Source: a virus
Taxonomy: Duplodnaviria; Caudoviricetes
IMG/VR virus record: IMGVR_UViG_3300033068_001402
Location: 7,551-71,550 of that record
DNA length: 64,000 bases
Reading direction: 5' to 3' (one strand)
A program made the position numbers and the translations under genes. Shown piece after piece: positions 1 through 8,683 of the stretch. Under the pieces are notes generated by a model. It searched no databases. It saw only the letters and a list, made by a program, of their open reading frames with translations, and had not been told where the DNA came from. Each line of letters starts with the position of its first letter. Position 1 is the stretch's first letter.

Positions 1-207
1 CCGCTCGACCATATCCGGCTCTACGTCGACGCCTTCCTCGACCAAGCTAGGTTGCACCCCGCGAGCAACTTCCGCCTCACGGCCATCGGCTGCGGCCTAG
101 CAGGCTACACCCCCTCCCAGATCGCGCCCTTCTTCCGCGACGCCCCCGCCAACGTCATCCTGCCGCCCGAGTTCGTGGCGGTGCTTCAGCCCGAGAACCC
201 TGCATGA
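1..207 (+). CDS. Partial macro-domain-like phage protein (5' truncated by window edge)
   Basis: Frame 1 open from base 1: ...FRLTAIGCGLAGYTPSQIAPFF...; stop overlaps next start (ATGA). Confidence 0.55.
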   Translation, partial: PLDHIRLYVDAFLDQARLHPASNFRLTAIGCGLAGYTPSQIAPFFRDAPANVILPPEFVAVLQPENPA

Positions 208-782
208 CCACCGCCCACCCCCGCGCCCCGCGCCTCGTTCTGCTCTATAGCCCTGCCCCGGGCTCGGGGAAATCCACCCTGGCCGACTACCTGGTCGAGC
301 AGCACGGCTTCACGGCCATCAAGTTCGCGGACCCGCTGAAGGACCTCATTCGCGTGCTGCTGTTCGACCACTGCGGCATCGACCACGCGACCACCGAGCG
401 CTACGTCGACGGTGACCTGAAGGAAGTGACCATCCCCGAGCTGGGCGTCACGTCGCGGCACCTGCAGCAAACGATCGGCACCGATTGGATGCGGGATCGG
501 GTCCGCAAGGACGGATGGGTCCATATCGCTCGCCAACGGATCGCGCGCCTGCTCGCCTCCGGCCAAGATGTGGTCGTCGACGACATGCGATTCCCGAACG
601 AACTGGAGATGGGTTTGGACTTCGGTGGTCAGGCGTTCCGTATCGAACGTCGCGGCACCTTGCGCAACACCAAGCACGTCTCCGAAGGCGGTCTCGACGA
701 CGTCCCGATGCAGGTGATCCACAACGACGGCACGATCGCCGATTTGGCGCTTGCCGTGGACCGCGTGCTCGGCTACGCCTGA
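204..782 (+). CDS. Deoxynucleotide monophosphate kinase
   Basis: P-loop SPAPGSGKST, FADPLK, LQQTIGTDW, VVVDDMRFPNE, HVSE motifs. Confidence 0.85.
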   Translation: MTTAHPRAPRLVLLYSPAPGSGKSTLADYLVEQHGFTAIKFADPLKDLIRVLLFDHCGIDHATTERYVDGDLKEVTIPELGVTSRHLQQTIGTDWMRDRVRKDGWVHIARQRIARLLASGQDVVVDDMRFPNELEMGLDFGGQAFRIERRGTLRNTKHVSEGGLDDVPMQVIHNDGTIADLALAVDRVLGYA

Positions 783-790
783 CCTCTAAA

Positions 791-805
791 TCACTATTTT
801 GTTGA
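791..805. promoter_or_regulatory. 15-bp operator-like motif
   Basis: TCACT-ATTTT-GTTGA, overlapping TTGACG upstream of the RNR gene. Confidence 0.6.
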
Positions 806-831
806 CGCCTCCACCAAGGGACCTGCAGCCT

Positions 832-3800
832 ATGTTTTCCACGCGCGCCGAAGTCATCGCCCGCCGCACCTACAACCGCCCCCTGAACGACGAGGGGACT
901 GTCTTCGAGACGTGGGCGCAGACCGTCGACCGGGTCATCGGGCATCAGGCGTGGCTGTGGACGCGAGCGGCCGGCACGGACGAGCACCTGAGCATCAACC
1001 AGGAAGCCGAACTGGCCGAACTCCGCCAGCTCATGCTGGAGCGCAAGGTCACCGTCTCCGGCCGGACCCTGTGGCTGGGCGGCACCGACATCTCGAAGAC
1101 CCGCGAGGCCAGCCAGTTCAACCCGCTGCCTCTCGACACACAGTTCATCGAGATGGGCGGAGTCGCCGCGTTCGAGGACTTCGATGATGGTGCGACGGTC
1201 ATCGCCCTGACGCACGAGGGCAACTGGAAGCCCGCTCGTGTCTTCCATGCCGGCGTCCGTGAGATGCGGAAGCTGCGCCTGCGCCGGGGTCGGACCGTGA
1301 TCGACCAGAAGTCGTCGGACGACCACACCTGGATCTTGAACGACGGACGTCGCGTCGAGGCCCGCGACATCAAGATCGGCGATCAGCTTCACGTTGCCCC
1401 GCGCAGCACCTTCTACGACTGGACGTTCGACAAGGCCGAGGCCGACGAGCAACTGTGGTGGTGCTACGGCTTCGTGTATGGAGACGGCGCCCTAGCGAAG
1501 TCCGGCAACAGTACGACGTCGCGAGTCCGCCTCTGCGGCGGTAAGGCGACCTTCCTGCCGCGCTTCGAGGCGTGCGGGTTCGAGCACAGCTTCCCTCCGT
1601 CGTGCAACGCCGACCCGTTCGTGTACACCGGGGCCTACCTGAAGACGCTGCCGACGAACGCCGAACCTCGCCTGATCAAGGCGTTCCTGCGCGGCTACCT
1701 CGACGCGGACGGCCACAAGAAGAACCAGCGCGGCGAAACGACCTTCAAGGGCATCGTCTGCAGCGACGGTGACGCCGCCGACTTCGTCCGCCGTTGGGCG
1801 CCCGTGTTCGGGCTCTACATTCTCGACGACCAGCAGGTCGCGCGGAAGACCTCCTATGGGATGTTCGAGGGCGCCGCGCTCAGCTTCACCACTGCGGCGC
1901 AGTCGCTGCTCTGGACTGTCGAGGGCATCGAAGTCACGGCGCCCGAACCCTGCGCCTGTCTGACCGTGGAGGACGACCACAGCTTCGTGCTGCCGAACGG
2001 CGTCGTCTCCGGCAACTGCTCCTTCCTCCGCGTCGAGACGGTCAGCGACATTGCCGACTCGTTCTGGCTGCTCCTCCAGGGCTGCGGCGTCGGCTTCGAG
2101 CCGATCCCGGGCATCCTGAACGGGTTCACCACCCCCAAGGAAATCAAGATCGTCGGCTCGACCCGCACCGACAAGGGCGGCGCCGAGACGAACAAGGAGA
2201 CCGTGAAGAACGGCGTCTGGACCATCCGCGTCGGCGACAGCGCCATGGCCTGGGCGAAGGCGGCGGCCAAGATCATGGCCAACAAGACCACCGCCCACAC
2301 GCTGGTGCTCGACTTCTCGGAGATCCGCCCCGCCGGCCAGCGGCTGAAGGGCTACGGCTGGATCAGCAGCGGCTGGCAGCCGTTCGCCAAGGCCGCCGAG
2401 CAGATCGCCGCCCTGATGAACCAGCGCGCGGGCGAACTGCTGACGCGCATCGACATCCTCGACATCATGAACCACCTCGGCACGACCATGTCGTCGCGCC
2501 GCAGCGCCGAGATCGCTCTGGTGCCGTGGGCGGACCCCGAGGCCGAGGCGTTCGCGTCGGCGAAGCGGAACTGGTGGGAGCACGAGGCGCTTCAGCAGAT
2601 CACGGTCACCAACACGCCTGAGCCCGAGAGCGACGCCGACGTCGAGCGGGTCATGGAGCCGGGCGAGGTCTTCACCGTCTGGGATGAGAAGTCCCATCCG
2701 CTCAGCGCCCAGATCGGTGCAAACGAGTGGGTCAGCAAGGGTGATCTGGTTCGGCCGCGCGCCCACCAGCCGCGCGCCCAACGCCAGCAATCCAACAACT
2801 CGCTGATGTTCTACACCCGGCCGTCGAAGTACGAGCTGGCCTACGTCTTCGCCCAGATGCAGTTGTCGGGCGGCTCGGAGCCGGGCTTCATCAACGCCCA
2901 GGCCGCGTCCAAGCGGGCGCCGTGGTTCAAGGGCTGCAACCCCTGCGCCGAGATCCTGCTGGGCAACAAGTCCTTCTGCAACCTCATTGAGGTGGACCTG
3001 GCGAAGTTCAACGGCGACTTCCCCGGCCTGCTCAATGCAATGCGCCTCGCCGCGCGCGCCAACTACCGCCAGACGTGCGTCGACCTGCGCGACGAGGTGC
3101 TGCAGTCGTCGTGGCACGAGCTGAACAACTTCCTGCGGCTCTGCGGCGCCGGAGTCACCGGCATCGTCGGCTGGGAGCTTCACCAGGACCCGGTGGGGAT
3201 CGGTATGCTGGGTCACGCCGCGCGCCTTGGCTCCCGTGACATGGCCGACGAACTCGGTCTGCCGCGACCCAAGGCGACCACGACCATCAAGCCCTCGGGC
3301 ACCCTGTCGAAGATCATGGACACCACCGAGGGCATCCATAAGCCGCTCGGCCGCTACATCTTCAACAACGTCAACTTCTCGAAGCACGATCCCGTCGTCC
3401 AGATCCTGCGCGACGCCGGCTACCGGATCATCGAGAACCCGACCGACGACACGGCGGTGCTGGTCACCTTCCCCGTGGCCTACGAGAACGTCGAGTTTGA
3501 CATCGTCGACGGCAAGCACGTCAACCTGGAGACCGCGGTCAGCCAGCTCAACCGCTACAAGCTGTGGATGGACAACTATGTCGACCACAACTGCTCGATC
3601 ACGGTCTCCTACTCGCCCGACGAGGTCCCGGCGATCGTGGACTGGCTGATCGAGAACTGGGAGCACTACGTCGGCGTGTCCTTCATCTACCGCAACGACC
3701 CGACGAAGACGGCGGCGGACCTCGGGTACTTGTACTTGCCCCAGCAAGTCGTCACGGAGGCTGACTATCGCGCCTACGCTGACACCCTGCTGCCGGTTGA

Positions 3801-3873
3801 TTTGGGTGCCGGTGCCGCAGCGGAGATTGAGGATGGCGGCGGCTGCGCGACTGGCGCTTGTCCGATCCGATAG
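832..3873 (+). CDS. nrdJ: Class II (B12-dependent) ribonucleotide reductase, intein-containing
   Basis: RRTYNR, SGRTLWLGG, SQFN/CSF, RRSAEI, EPG, NPCAEI (thiyl Cys), FCNL, TTIKPSGT, C-terminal CATGACPIR; ATG 832 chosen over TTG 799 because of an upstream AAGGG. Confidence 0.95.
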   Translation: MFSTRAEVIARRTYNRPLNDEGTVFETWAQTVDRVIGHQAWLWTRAAGTDEHLSINQEAELAELRQLMLERKVTVSGRTLWLGGTDISKTREASQFNPLPLDTQFIEMGGVAAFEDFDDGATVIALTHEGNWKPARVFHAGVREMRKLRLRRGRTVIDQKSSDDHTWILNDGRRVEARDIKIGDQLHVAPRSTFYDWTFDKAEADEQLWWCYGFVYGDGALAKSGNSTTSRVRLCGGKATFLPRFEACGFEHSFPPSCNADPFVYTGAYLKTLPTNAEPRLIKAFLRGYLDADGHKKNQRGETTFKGIVCSDGDAADFVRRWAPVFGLYILDDQQVARKTSYGMFEGAALSFTTAAQSLLWTVEGIEVTAPEPCACLTVEDDHSFVLPNGVVSGNCSFLRVETVSDIADSFWLLLQGCGVGFEPIPGILNGFTTPKEIKIVGSTRTDKGGAETNKETVKNGVWTIRVGDSAMAWAKAAAKIMANKTTAHTLVLDFSEIRPAGQRLKGYGWISSGWQPFAKAAEQIAALMNQRAGELLTRIDILDIMNHLGTTMSSRRSAEIALVPWADPEAEAFASAKRNWWEHEALQQITVTNTPEPESDADVERVMEPGEVFTVWDEKSHPLSAQIGANEWVSKGDLVRPRAHQPRAQRQQSNNSLMFYTRPSKYELAYVFAQMQLSGGSEPGFINAQAASKRAPWFKGCNPCAEILLGNKSFCNLIEVDLAKFNGDFPGLLNAMRLAARANYRQTCVDLRDEVLQSSWHELNNFLRLCGAGVTGIVGWELHQDPVGIGMLGHAARLGSRDMADELGLPRPKATTTIKPSGTLSKIMDTTEGIHKPLGRYIFNNVNFSKHDPVVQILRDAGYRIIENPTDDTAVLVTFPVAYENVEFDIVDGKHVNLETAVSQLNRYKLWMDNYVDHNCSITVSYSPDEVPAIVDWLIENWEHYVGVSFIYRNDPTKTAADLGYLYLPQQVVTEADYRAYADTLLPVDLGAGAAAEIEDGGGCATGACPIR
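1123..2016 (+). mobile_element. Intein (298 aa) with LAGLIDADG homing endonuclease; Pro1, class-3-like
   Basis: Interrupts SQFN|CSF; starts PLPLDT, block B SDDHTW, endonuclease motifs YGFVYGDG and FLRGYLDADG, block F CACLTV..HSF, ends VVSGN followed by Cys+1. Confidence 0.9.
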
Positions 3874-3892
3874 GCTATTGACGCGCACGGAT

Positions 3893-3907
3893 TCACCTTT
3901 ATGGTGA
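3893..3907. promoter_or_regulatory. 15-bp operator-like motif
   Basis: TCACC-TTTAT-GGTGA, just downstream of TTGACG (3878) and upstream of gapR. Confidence 0.6.
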
Positions 3908-3938
3908 CTCCTCAACAACTACCAAGGGACAGACTACG

Positions 3939-4214
3939 ATGGCCGATGACGCATCCTTCGACTCCTCGCCGGACGTTCTCGGGGACAACGCTCAGGGGCG
4001 CCTGCGCTCGTTCGTGGAACGGCTGGAACGTCTCGACGAAGACAAACAGGCCGTCATGGTCGACATGAAGGAAGTTTTCGCGGAGGCCAAATCCGAAGGC
4101 TATGATGTGAAAATCCTGCGCAAGGTGCTCCGCATCCGCAAGCAAGACGCCGCCAAACGGCAGGAGGAAGAGGCTATACTTGACCTATATTTGAGCGCGC
4201 TCGGCCTGATCTGA
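3939..4214 (+). CDS. gapR: GapR/DUF2312 nucleoid-associated protein homolog
   Basis: LRSFVERLERLDEDK..MKEVFAEAKSEGYDVKILRKVLRIRKQD..KRQEEEAILDLYLSALG closely follows Caulobacter GapR as I recall it. Confidence 0.9.
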   Translation: MADDASFDSSPDVLGDNAQGRLRSFVERLERLDEDKQAVMVDMKEVFAEAKSEGYDVKILRKVLRIRKQDAAKRQEEEAILDLYLSALGLI

Positions 4215-4357
4215 TGCAGGTCGCCCTCCGCTTCAAGGTGTCCGGCTCTCGGCTCGAAGTCTGGGAGGGCGACCGCCTCATCCGCTCCACCACAGTTGAC
4301 GCCCTCGCCGATGTCGTGCGCCGCCTCCAGCGCGGCCGGCAGGAAGTCTCCCTGTGA
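4214..4357 (+). CDS. Small hypothetical protein (47 aa)
   Basis: MQVALRFKVSGSRLEVWEG...; start overlaps the upstream stop and stop overlaps the downstream start. Confidence 0.5.
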   Translation: MQVALRFKVSGSRLEVWEGDRLIRSTTVDALADVVRRLQRGRQEVSL

Positions 4358-4668
4358 CCCCGTTCGAGCGCTGGTTCAGCAGCGACTTCGCCAAGGCACT
4401 GAAGGACGTCCCGAACGACACGGACGTGCTGTCCTCCGGGTTCAGCATCCGCTCCGCCTCGTGGGACCGCCGCGCCGCCTACCTGCTCTGGGTGGAGCGC
4501 GGCCGACCAGAGGCGCAGTGGCACGCTCAGACGTGGCCGACCGGCAATCCCGGCGCCGACGACTTCATGCGGCGCCGCTACGAGACCCCGCCCGCCGCCA
4601 CCACCAGTGACCCTCTGGCCGACATCCTCGGCGACGCCCCTGACCCCATGGGAGACATCCTCGGATGA
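4354..4668 (+). CDS. Hypothetical protein ending in two DPxxDILG motifs
   Basis: Coupled ORF; C-terminus DPLADILGDAPDPMGDILG. Confidence 0.7.
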   Translation: MTPFERWFSSDFAKALKDVPNDTDVLSSGFSIRSASWDRRAAYLLWVERGRPEAQWHAQTWPTGNPGADDFMRRRYETPPAATTSDPLADILGDAPDPMGDILG

Positions 4669-4922
4669 AGATCGTGACCTACGTCTCGGCCGAGCACGGC
4701 GCCGTCGCCCGCATCCTGATGGACGGCGGCTTCCTGCCGGTCATCGTCAGCGCCGCCACCGAGGAGGCCGTCCGCACCAAGGCGCAGGCGTTCTGGGACA
4801 CCGAGCGCGCCCGGCTGCAGGGCGGAGGCAAGCCACGGGGTGCGCTGGCGCCCGAGCAGATCGACCTCGAAGAAGCCATCGCCGCGACGCCGGCCAATCC
4901 CTTGGAAGACATTCTCGGATGA
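4665..4922 (+). CDS. Hypothetical protein ending NPLEDILG
   Basis: Coupled by ATGA overlaps on both sides. Confidence 0.7.
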   Translation: MKIVTYVSAEHGAVARILMDGGFLPVIVSAATEEAVRTKAQAFWDTERARLQGGGKPRGALAPEQIDLEEAIAATPANPLEDILG

Positions 4923-6229
4923 CGACCGTTAGCCTCCACGAAGGCGACAACCGCGAGACCCTGCGTCGCCTGATCGACCAGGGCGTCCGCGTCCACGCCG
5001 TCGTCACCGACCCGCCCTACGGCCTCACGAGCGTCACCAAGCGCTTCGGGAAGGAAGGCGCTGCGCCGGCTAAGCACGGCACCGATGGCGCGTTCGCCCG
5101 GGCGTCGGCAGGCTTCATGGGCAAGGCGTGGGACGGCACCGGCATCGAGCGCGATCCGGAGTTCTGGCGCCTGATCTGGGAGATCCTGCTGCCGGGCGGA
5201 TTCGTGTTCGCGTTCTCCGGCTCCCGCACCGGCCACTGGCAGGCCTGCGCCATGGAGATGGCCGGGTTCATCATGCACCCGATGCACGGCTGGGTGTACG
5301 GCTCGGGGATGCCCAAGGCGCACAACCCCTGCCCCGCCATCGACAAGCACATGGGCGTCGAGCGCGGCACCTATGCTCCCGGCTCGCCGGAGGCCCAGCA
5401 GTGGGACGGTTGGCGTCACGGCACCCAGTCGCAGAAGCCCGCCCTGGAGCCCATCTACCTCGGCCAGAAGCCCTATTCGGAGAAGACCGGGGCGCTGAAC
5501 CTGCTGAAGCACGGCGTCGGCGCGGTGAACATCGACGCGTGTCGGGTGCCTATCGACGCTCAAGCCGACGCCTCCCAACTTCGGACGATGAACCGAGGGC
5601 AGAGGACCGAGGATCAGAACGAGCAGGAATGGGGCCTGTCGAAGGGCGGCGGTGACACGCCGACCGTGGTGCGCGCGGACGGACGCTGGCCCGCCAACCT
5701 GATGCACGACGGCTCGGCCGAGGTGGTCGCGCTGTTTCCGGCCAATGCTGGGGCGTCCGCACCGGTCAAGGGCACGGAGGCGTCGATCAGCGGCATCCAC
5801 GGCACTTACAACCCGCGCGACCGTGTCCCCGGTGCCTTCCATGCCGACTCCGGCTCCGCAGCTCGGTTCTTCAACAGCTTCCCCGATGGCCCTGACGCCG
5901 ACGCGATCATCTACCACGGCAAGGCGTCCAAGGCGGACCGGGAGGGCTCGAAACACCCGACCGTCAAGGCGATCGGCCTCATGGAGCACCTGATCAAGCA
6001 CGTCACGCCGCCGGGTGGCATCGTCCTCGACCCATTCGCGGGCAGCGGCACCACCGCCGCGGCAGCTCGGCGCCTGGGCTTCGACTGCATCCTGATGGAG
6101 GCTGAGCCCGAGTACGCGGCGTTCCTGCGTCAGCGGTTCAACCTGCCCGCGCCCGCCGCCAGCGACGCTCTGGACGACATCCTCGGCATCGAGGCTGCCC
6201 CCGATCCCATGCTCGCCATCCTCGGCTGA
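4919..6229 (+). CDS. DNA N6-adenine/N4-cytosine methyltransferase (beta-class order)
   Basis: TDPPYG catalytic motif near N-terminus, HPTVK and LDPFAGSGTT SAM-binding motif near C-terminus. Confidence 0.9.
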   Translation: MTTVSLHEGDNRETLRRLIDQGVRVHAVVTDPPYGLTSVTKRFGKEGAAPAKHGTDGAFARASAGFMGKAWDGTGIERDPEFWRLIWEILLPGGFVFAFSGSRTGHWQACAMEMAGFIMHPMHGWVYGSGMPKAHNPCPAIDKHMGVERGTYAPGSPEAQQWDGWRHGTQSQKPALEPIYLGQKPYSEKTGALNLLKHGVGAVNIDACRVPIDAQADASQLRTMNRGQRTEDQNEQEWGLSKGGGDTPTVVRADGRWPANLMHDGSAEVVALFPANAGASAPVKGTEASISGIHGTYNPRDRVPGAFHADSGSAARFFNSFPDGPDADAIIYHGKASKADREGSKHPTVKAIGLMEHLIKHVTPPGGIVLDPFAGSGTTAAAARRLGFDCILMEAEPEYAAFLRQRFNLPAPAASDALDDILGIEAAPDPMLAILG

Positions 6230-6333
6230 TTATTCTCCTAGTTGTAGGACTTTAGTCATTGCCCGGTTGAATGATCCGCGCTAGGAGAGTCGCACGGTCG
6301 CTTCAGGCCGGATTCGTCGGGGACTGTCCTACC

Positions 6334-6633
6334 ATGAGCACTGAAACCGCTGTCGGCGCTGCCGCGCTTCCGCTGTCCTTTGTTTACCAGGATGGTACGT
6401 CGACGTGCTTCTGGCGTCCCGATCGAGATGGGGAGTATGCCGAGCAGAACGCCCGTGGTCGCGCTTACGCTTTGGAGTTGCAGTGCTTCATGCACGCCAG
6501 TGGAAATGCTCAACTTTTCGGCAGCGTCATCCGGGCGATCGTCGGCGGGGGCATCTATGGTGCGGTTGAGATCGGCTTCTGCAGCATCATCGGAAGCCAA
6601 CTTTTTGCTCAAAAACCCGTCAACCTTTCTTAA
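6334..6633 (+). CDS. Hypothetical protein, paralog of the next gene
   Basis: Low-GC ORF; FWRP..GEYAEQNARGRAYA..VEIGF pattern. Confidence 0.65.
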   Translation: MSTETAVGAAALPLSFVYQDGTSTCFWRPDRDGEYAEQNARGRAYALELQCFMHASGNAQLFGSVIRAIVGGGIYGAVEIGFCSIIGSQLFAQKPVNLS

Positions 6634-6677
6634 TCTGTGCCACCCCATGTTCCTAGATCAAGTAGGAGTGAAACATT

Positions 6678-7007
6678 GTGGCAGTCCACCCTCCCACGCA
6701 GATACAAAGATCCGAGACTGCCGAAGTTATCTCGATCTCAAATGCTATCTGCCCGATCAGGAAGCTGGTCGCTACCGATGGTAGAGAGGTCACGATATAC
6801 TGGCACCCCCTCGTCACCGGAGACTGGGCGAAGGACAATAAGCAGGGCCGGGATTACGCCACCAGGATCGTCGCGAGAGCGCAAGCTGCCGGGAGTCCTA
6901 TGCTCATCTTCCGGGTGATCGGAGACATGGTCCGCGCTGGTCGCTTCAATGGCGTCGAGGTAGGTTTCGTCCAGAAGGTCGCAGAATATCTGGGGCGAGA
7001 GGGTTAG
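6678..7007 (+). CDS. Hypothetical protein, paralog of the previous gene
   Basis: AGGAG RBS; YWHP..GDWAKDNKQGRDYA..VEVGF pattern. Confidence 0.7.
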   Translation: MAVHPPTQIQRSETAEVISISNAICPIRKLVATDGREVTIYWHPLVTGDWAKDNKQGRDYATRIVARAQAAGSPMLIFRVIGDMVRAGRFNGVEVGFVQKVAEYLGREG

Positions 7008-8302
7008 GCTGCCAACATCTCGGGGGTAACAGTGTTGCGGCCGACCAGCCCAAACCGTTTATGGTATGTCATGGCCGTTGCCTCGCGCTCTGAGATCCAC
7101 CCGCCGCGGGCGGCGTAGGCATCCCTGGCAGCCAAGGTCGGATGTTGCACCACGGTCATGCCGGAGTGCTCCTTCTCGTCCTTGTGGTGACGGTGCCCGG
7201 TGTGGGCGTAGCGCTTGGTGGTCGCGCCCCAGATCACCGGGTACTGCGACGCGAACAGCAGCGGCAGTGCTTCGTTCTTCGACAGATGCCCATGATGGAA
7301 GCTGAGCATCACCCGGTCGTGCTGATAGACATAGTACGGCAGGTCGCTGTCGTTAACGGTGATGCGAGGCTCGTTCTCGTACAGCGCCTTGAACATGTGC
7401 CGCAGCCACACTGACGAGGCCATGTCGTGATTCCCCTCGGCGAGGATCAGGTGGACCTCCTCATGCTGCGTTAGGGCGATGTCGATGATGCGCCGAAGGA
7501 TGCGGATCGCAGAACCGACCATCTTCGAGAACCGCCCATCGGCGTCGAGAATGTGCCCATGACTGGGTGTCACGGCAGTCAGCGAGTCATAGTGGAGGAA
7601 GTCGCCGAGCTGGTTGATGATGGCGACTCGTGCAGCCGGCGCCGATACGATCATCTGCTCGAAGCATCCAACCAGGGTCCGCTCTGCGATAGCGAGATCC
7701 CAGTCGTCTCCGCCCTCCTTGTGCCATGCCAGCATACCAACGTGGCTGTCGGTGAAGGTGTACAGGTTACACAGGTCGGCCAGGGTTACGAGCGGTCGCG
7801 CGATCGGGGCGACCCTCGGTAGATCTTCGGCCAGTGCGGCGGCAGCGGCGCGCATCCCGTCCGCGCGTCGCTGCGCGTCGATGGATGTCTTCACCCACTG
7901 GCCGCGCTGCTCGCCGCCCGGTCCATAGTAGGTCGAGACGCCCTTGATGACGTACTCGTCGTAGCCGTCGCGCGCCGGGCCGGCATCCTCGCCACCGGGC
8001 TGCATCACGGACTCGGGGCCTTCGCGCAGCCAGGAACAGGTCTCTTCGCCATCTGCGGTGTAGGCGGTCGTGATCTCGCGGGCGACGAAGCCGTCCGTGC
8101 CGCGCGGCTTTATGGCGGTCTGACGACGATCCAGACCGGCTTTGGCGTGAAGACGGCGCATGGACTTGTTGATCACGCCTTCAGAGACCTTTAGGGCTCT
8201 CTCGGCAGATGCTTCGTTGCCGTGCTCAGCGATGGCGTCCAGGAACTCAATCTGCCTGGCGGTGGCGTGCTTGCGCAGAAGCGCGTCGGTATTCCCAGTC
8301 AT
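7004..8302 (-). CDS. Calcineurin-like metallophosphoesterase with N-terminal HTH-like segment
   Basis: TDSH, GDFLH, EGNHD, HHGH, HTGHRHH metal-binding motifs. Confidence 0.8.
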   Translation of the reverse strand: MTGNTDALLRKHATARQIEFLDAIAEHGNEASAERALKVSEGVINKSMRRLHAKAGLDRRQTAIKPRGTDGFVAREITTAYTADGEETCSWLREGPESVMQPGGEDAGPARDGYDEYVIKGVSTYYGPGGEQRGQWVKTSIDAQRRADGMRAAAAALAEDLPRVAPIARPLVTLADLCNLYTFTDSHVGMLAWHKEGGDDWDLAIAERTLVGCFEQMIVSAPAARVAIINQLGDFLHYDSLTAVTPSHGHILDADGRFSKMVGSAIRILRRIIDIALTQHEEVHLILAEGNHDMASSVWLRHMFKALYENEPRITVNDSDLPYYVYQHDRVMLSFHHGHLSKNEALPLLFASQYPVIWGATTKRYAHTGHRHHKDEKEHSGMTVVQHPTLAARDAYAARGGWISEREATAMTYHKRFGLVGRNTVTPEMLAA

Positions 8303-8308
8303 GCCCTA

Positions 8309-8683
8309 TCAGGGATGCGACGGCGGCGGTGCTCGGGGGACCGGCGTCTGTTGAAGAAGCTGGCGCTCCAGCAGGTCGATTTTCGCGTCGGAAGCCTTGC
8401 GCGCGATGTCGTTGGCGCTGAACTGCGCTGCGGCCAGGTAGCCGAGCAGGCCGATGATTATGGAGAACAGTGCCCCGCCGGCCCACTTCAGGATGCCCTT
8501 GATCTCGCCGAACTGCTTGTCGACGTTCGACTCGATCTTCGCCATGCCTTTGTTGATGTTGGCGTAGCGTTCGGCGCAGATGTCCTCGTGGTTCTCGATG
8601 TCGCGGGCGTTCTGCTTCCCGAGATTGAGGGCTTCGTAGGCGATGGAGGCGGCACTGGAACGCGGGGTCGACTCTGCGCTCAC
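8309..8683 (-). CDS. Single-TM membrane protein in lysis cluster (antiholin/holin-like)
   Basis: Hydrophobic WAGGALFSIIIGLLGYLAAA segment flanked by coiled-coil-like regions. Confidence 0.6.
   Translation of the reverse strand: MSAESTPRSSAASIAYEALNLGKQNARDIENHEDICAERYANINKGMAKIESNVDKQFGEIKGILKWAGGALFSIIIGLLGYLAAAQFSANDIARKASDAKIDLLERQLLQQTPVPRAPPPSHP

Noticed and set aside
799-831. RNR start at TTG 799
   Set aside because: Overlaps the operator and -35 box; ATG 832 has an RBS and begins the conserved region
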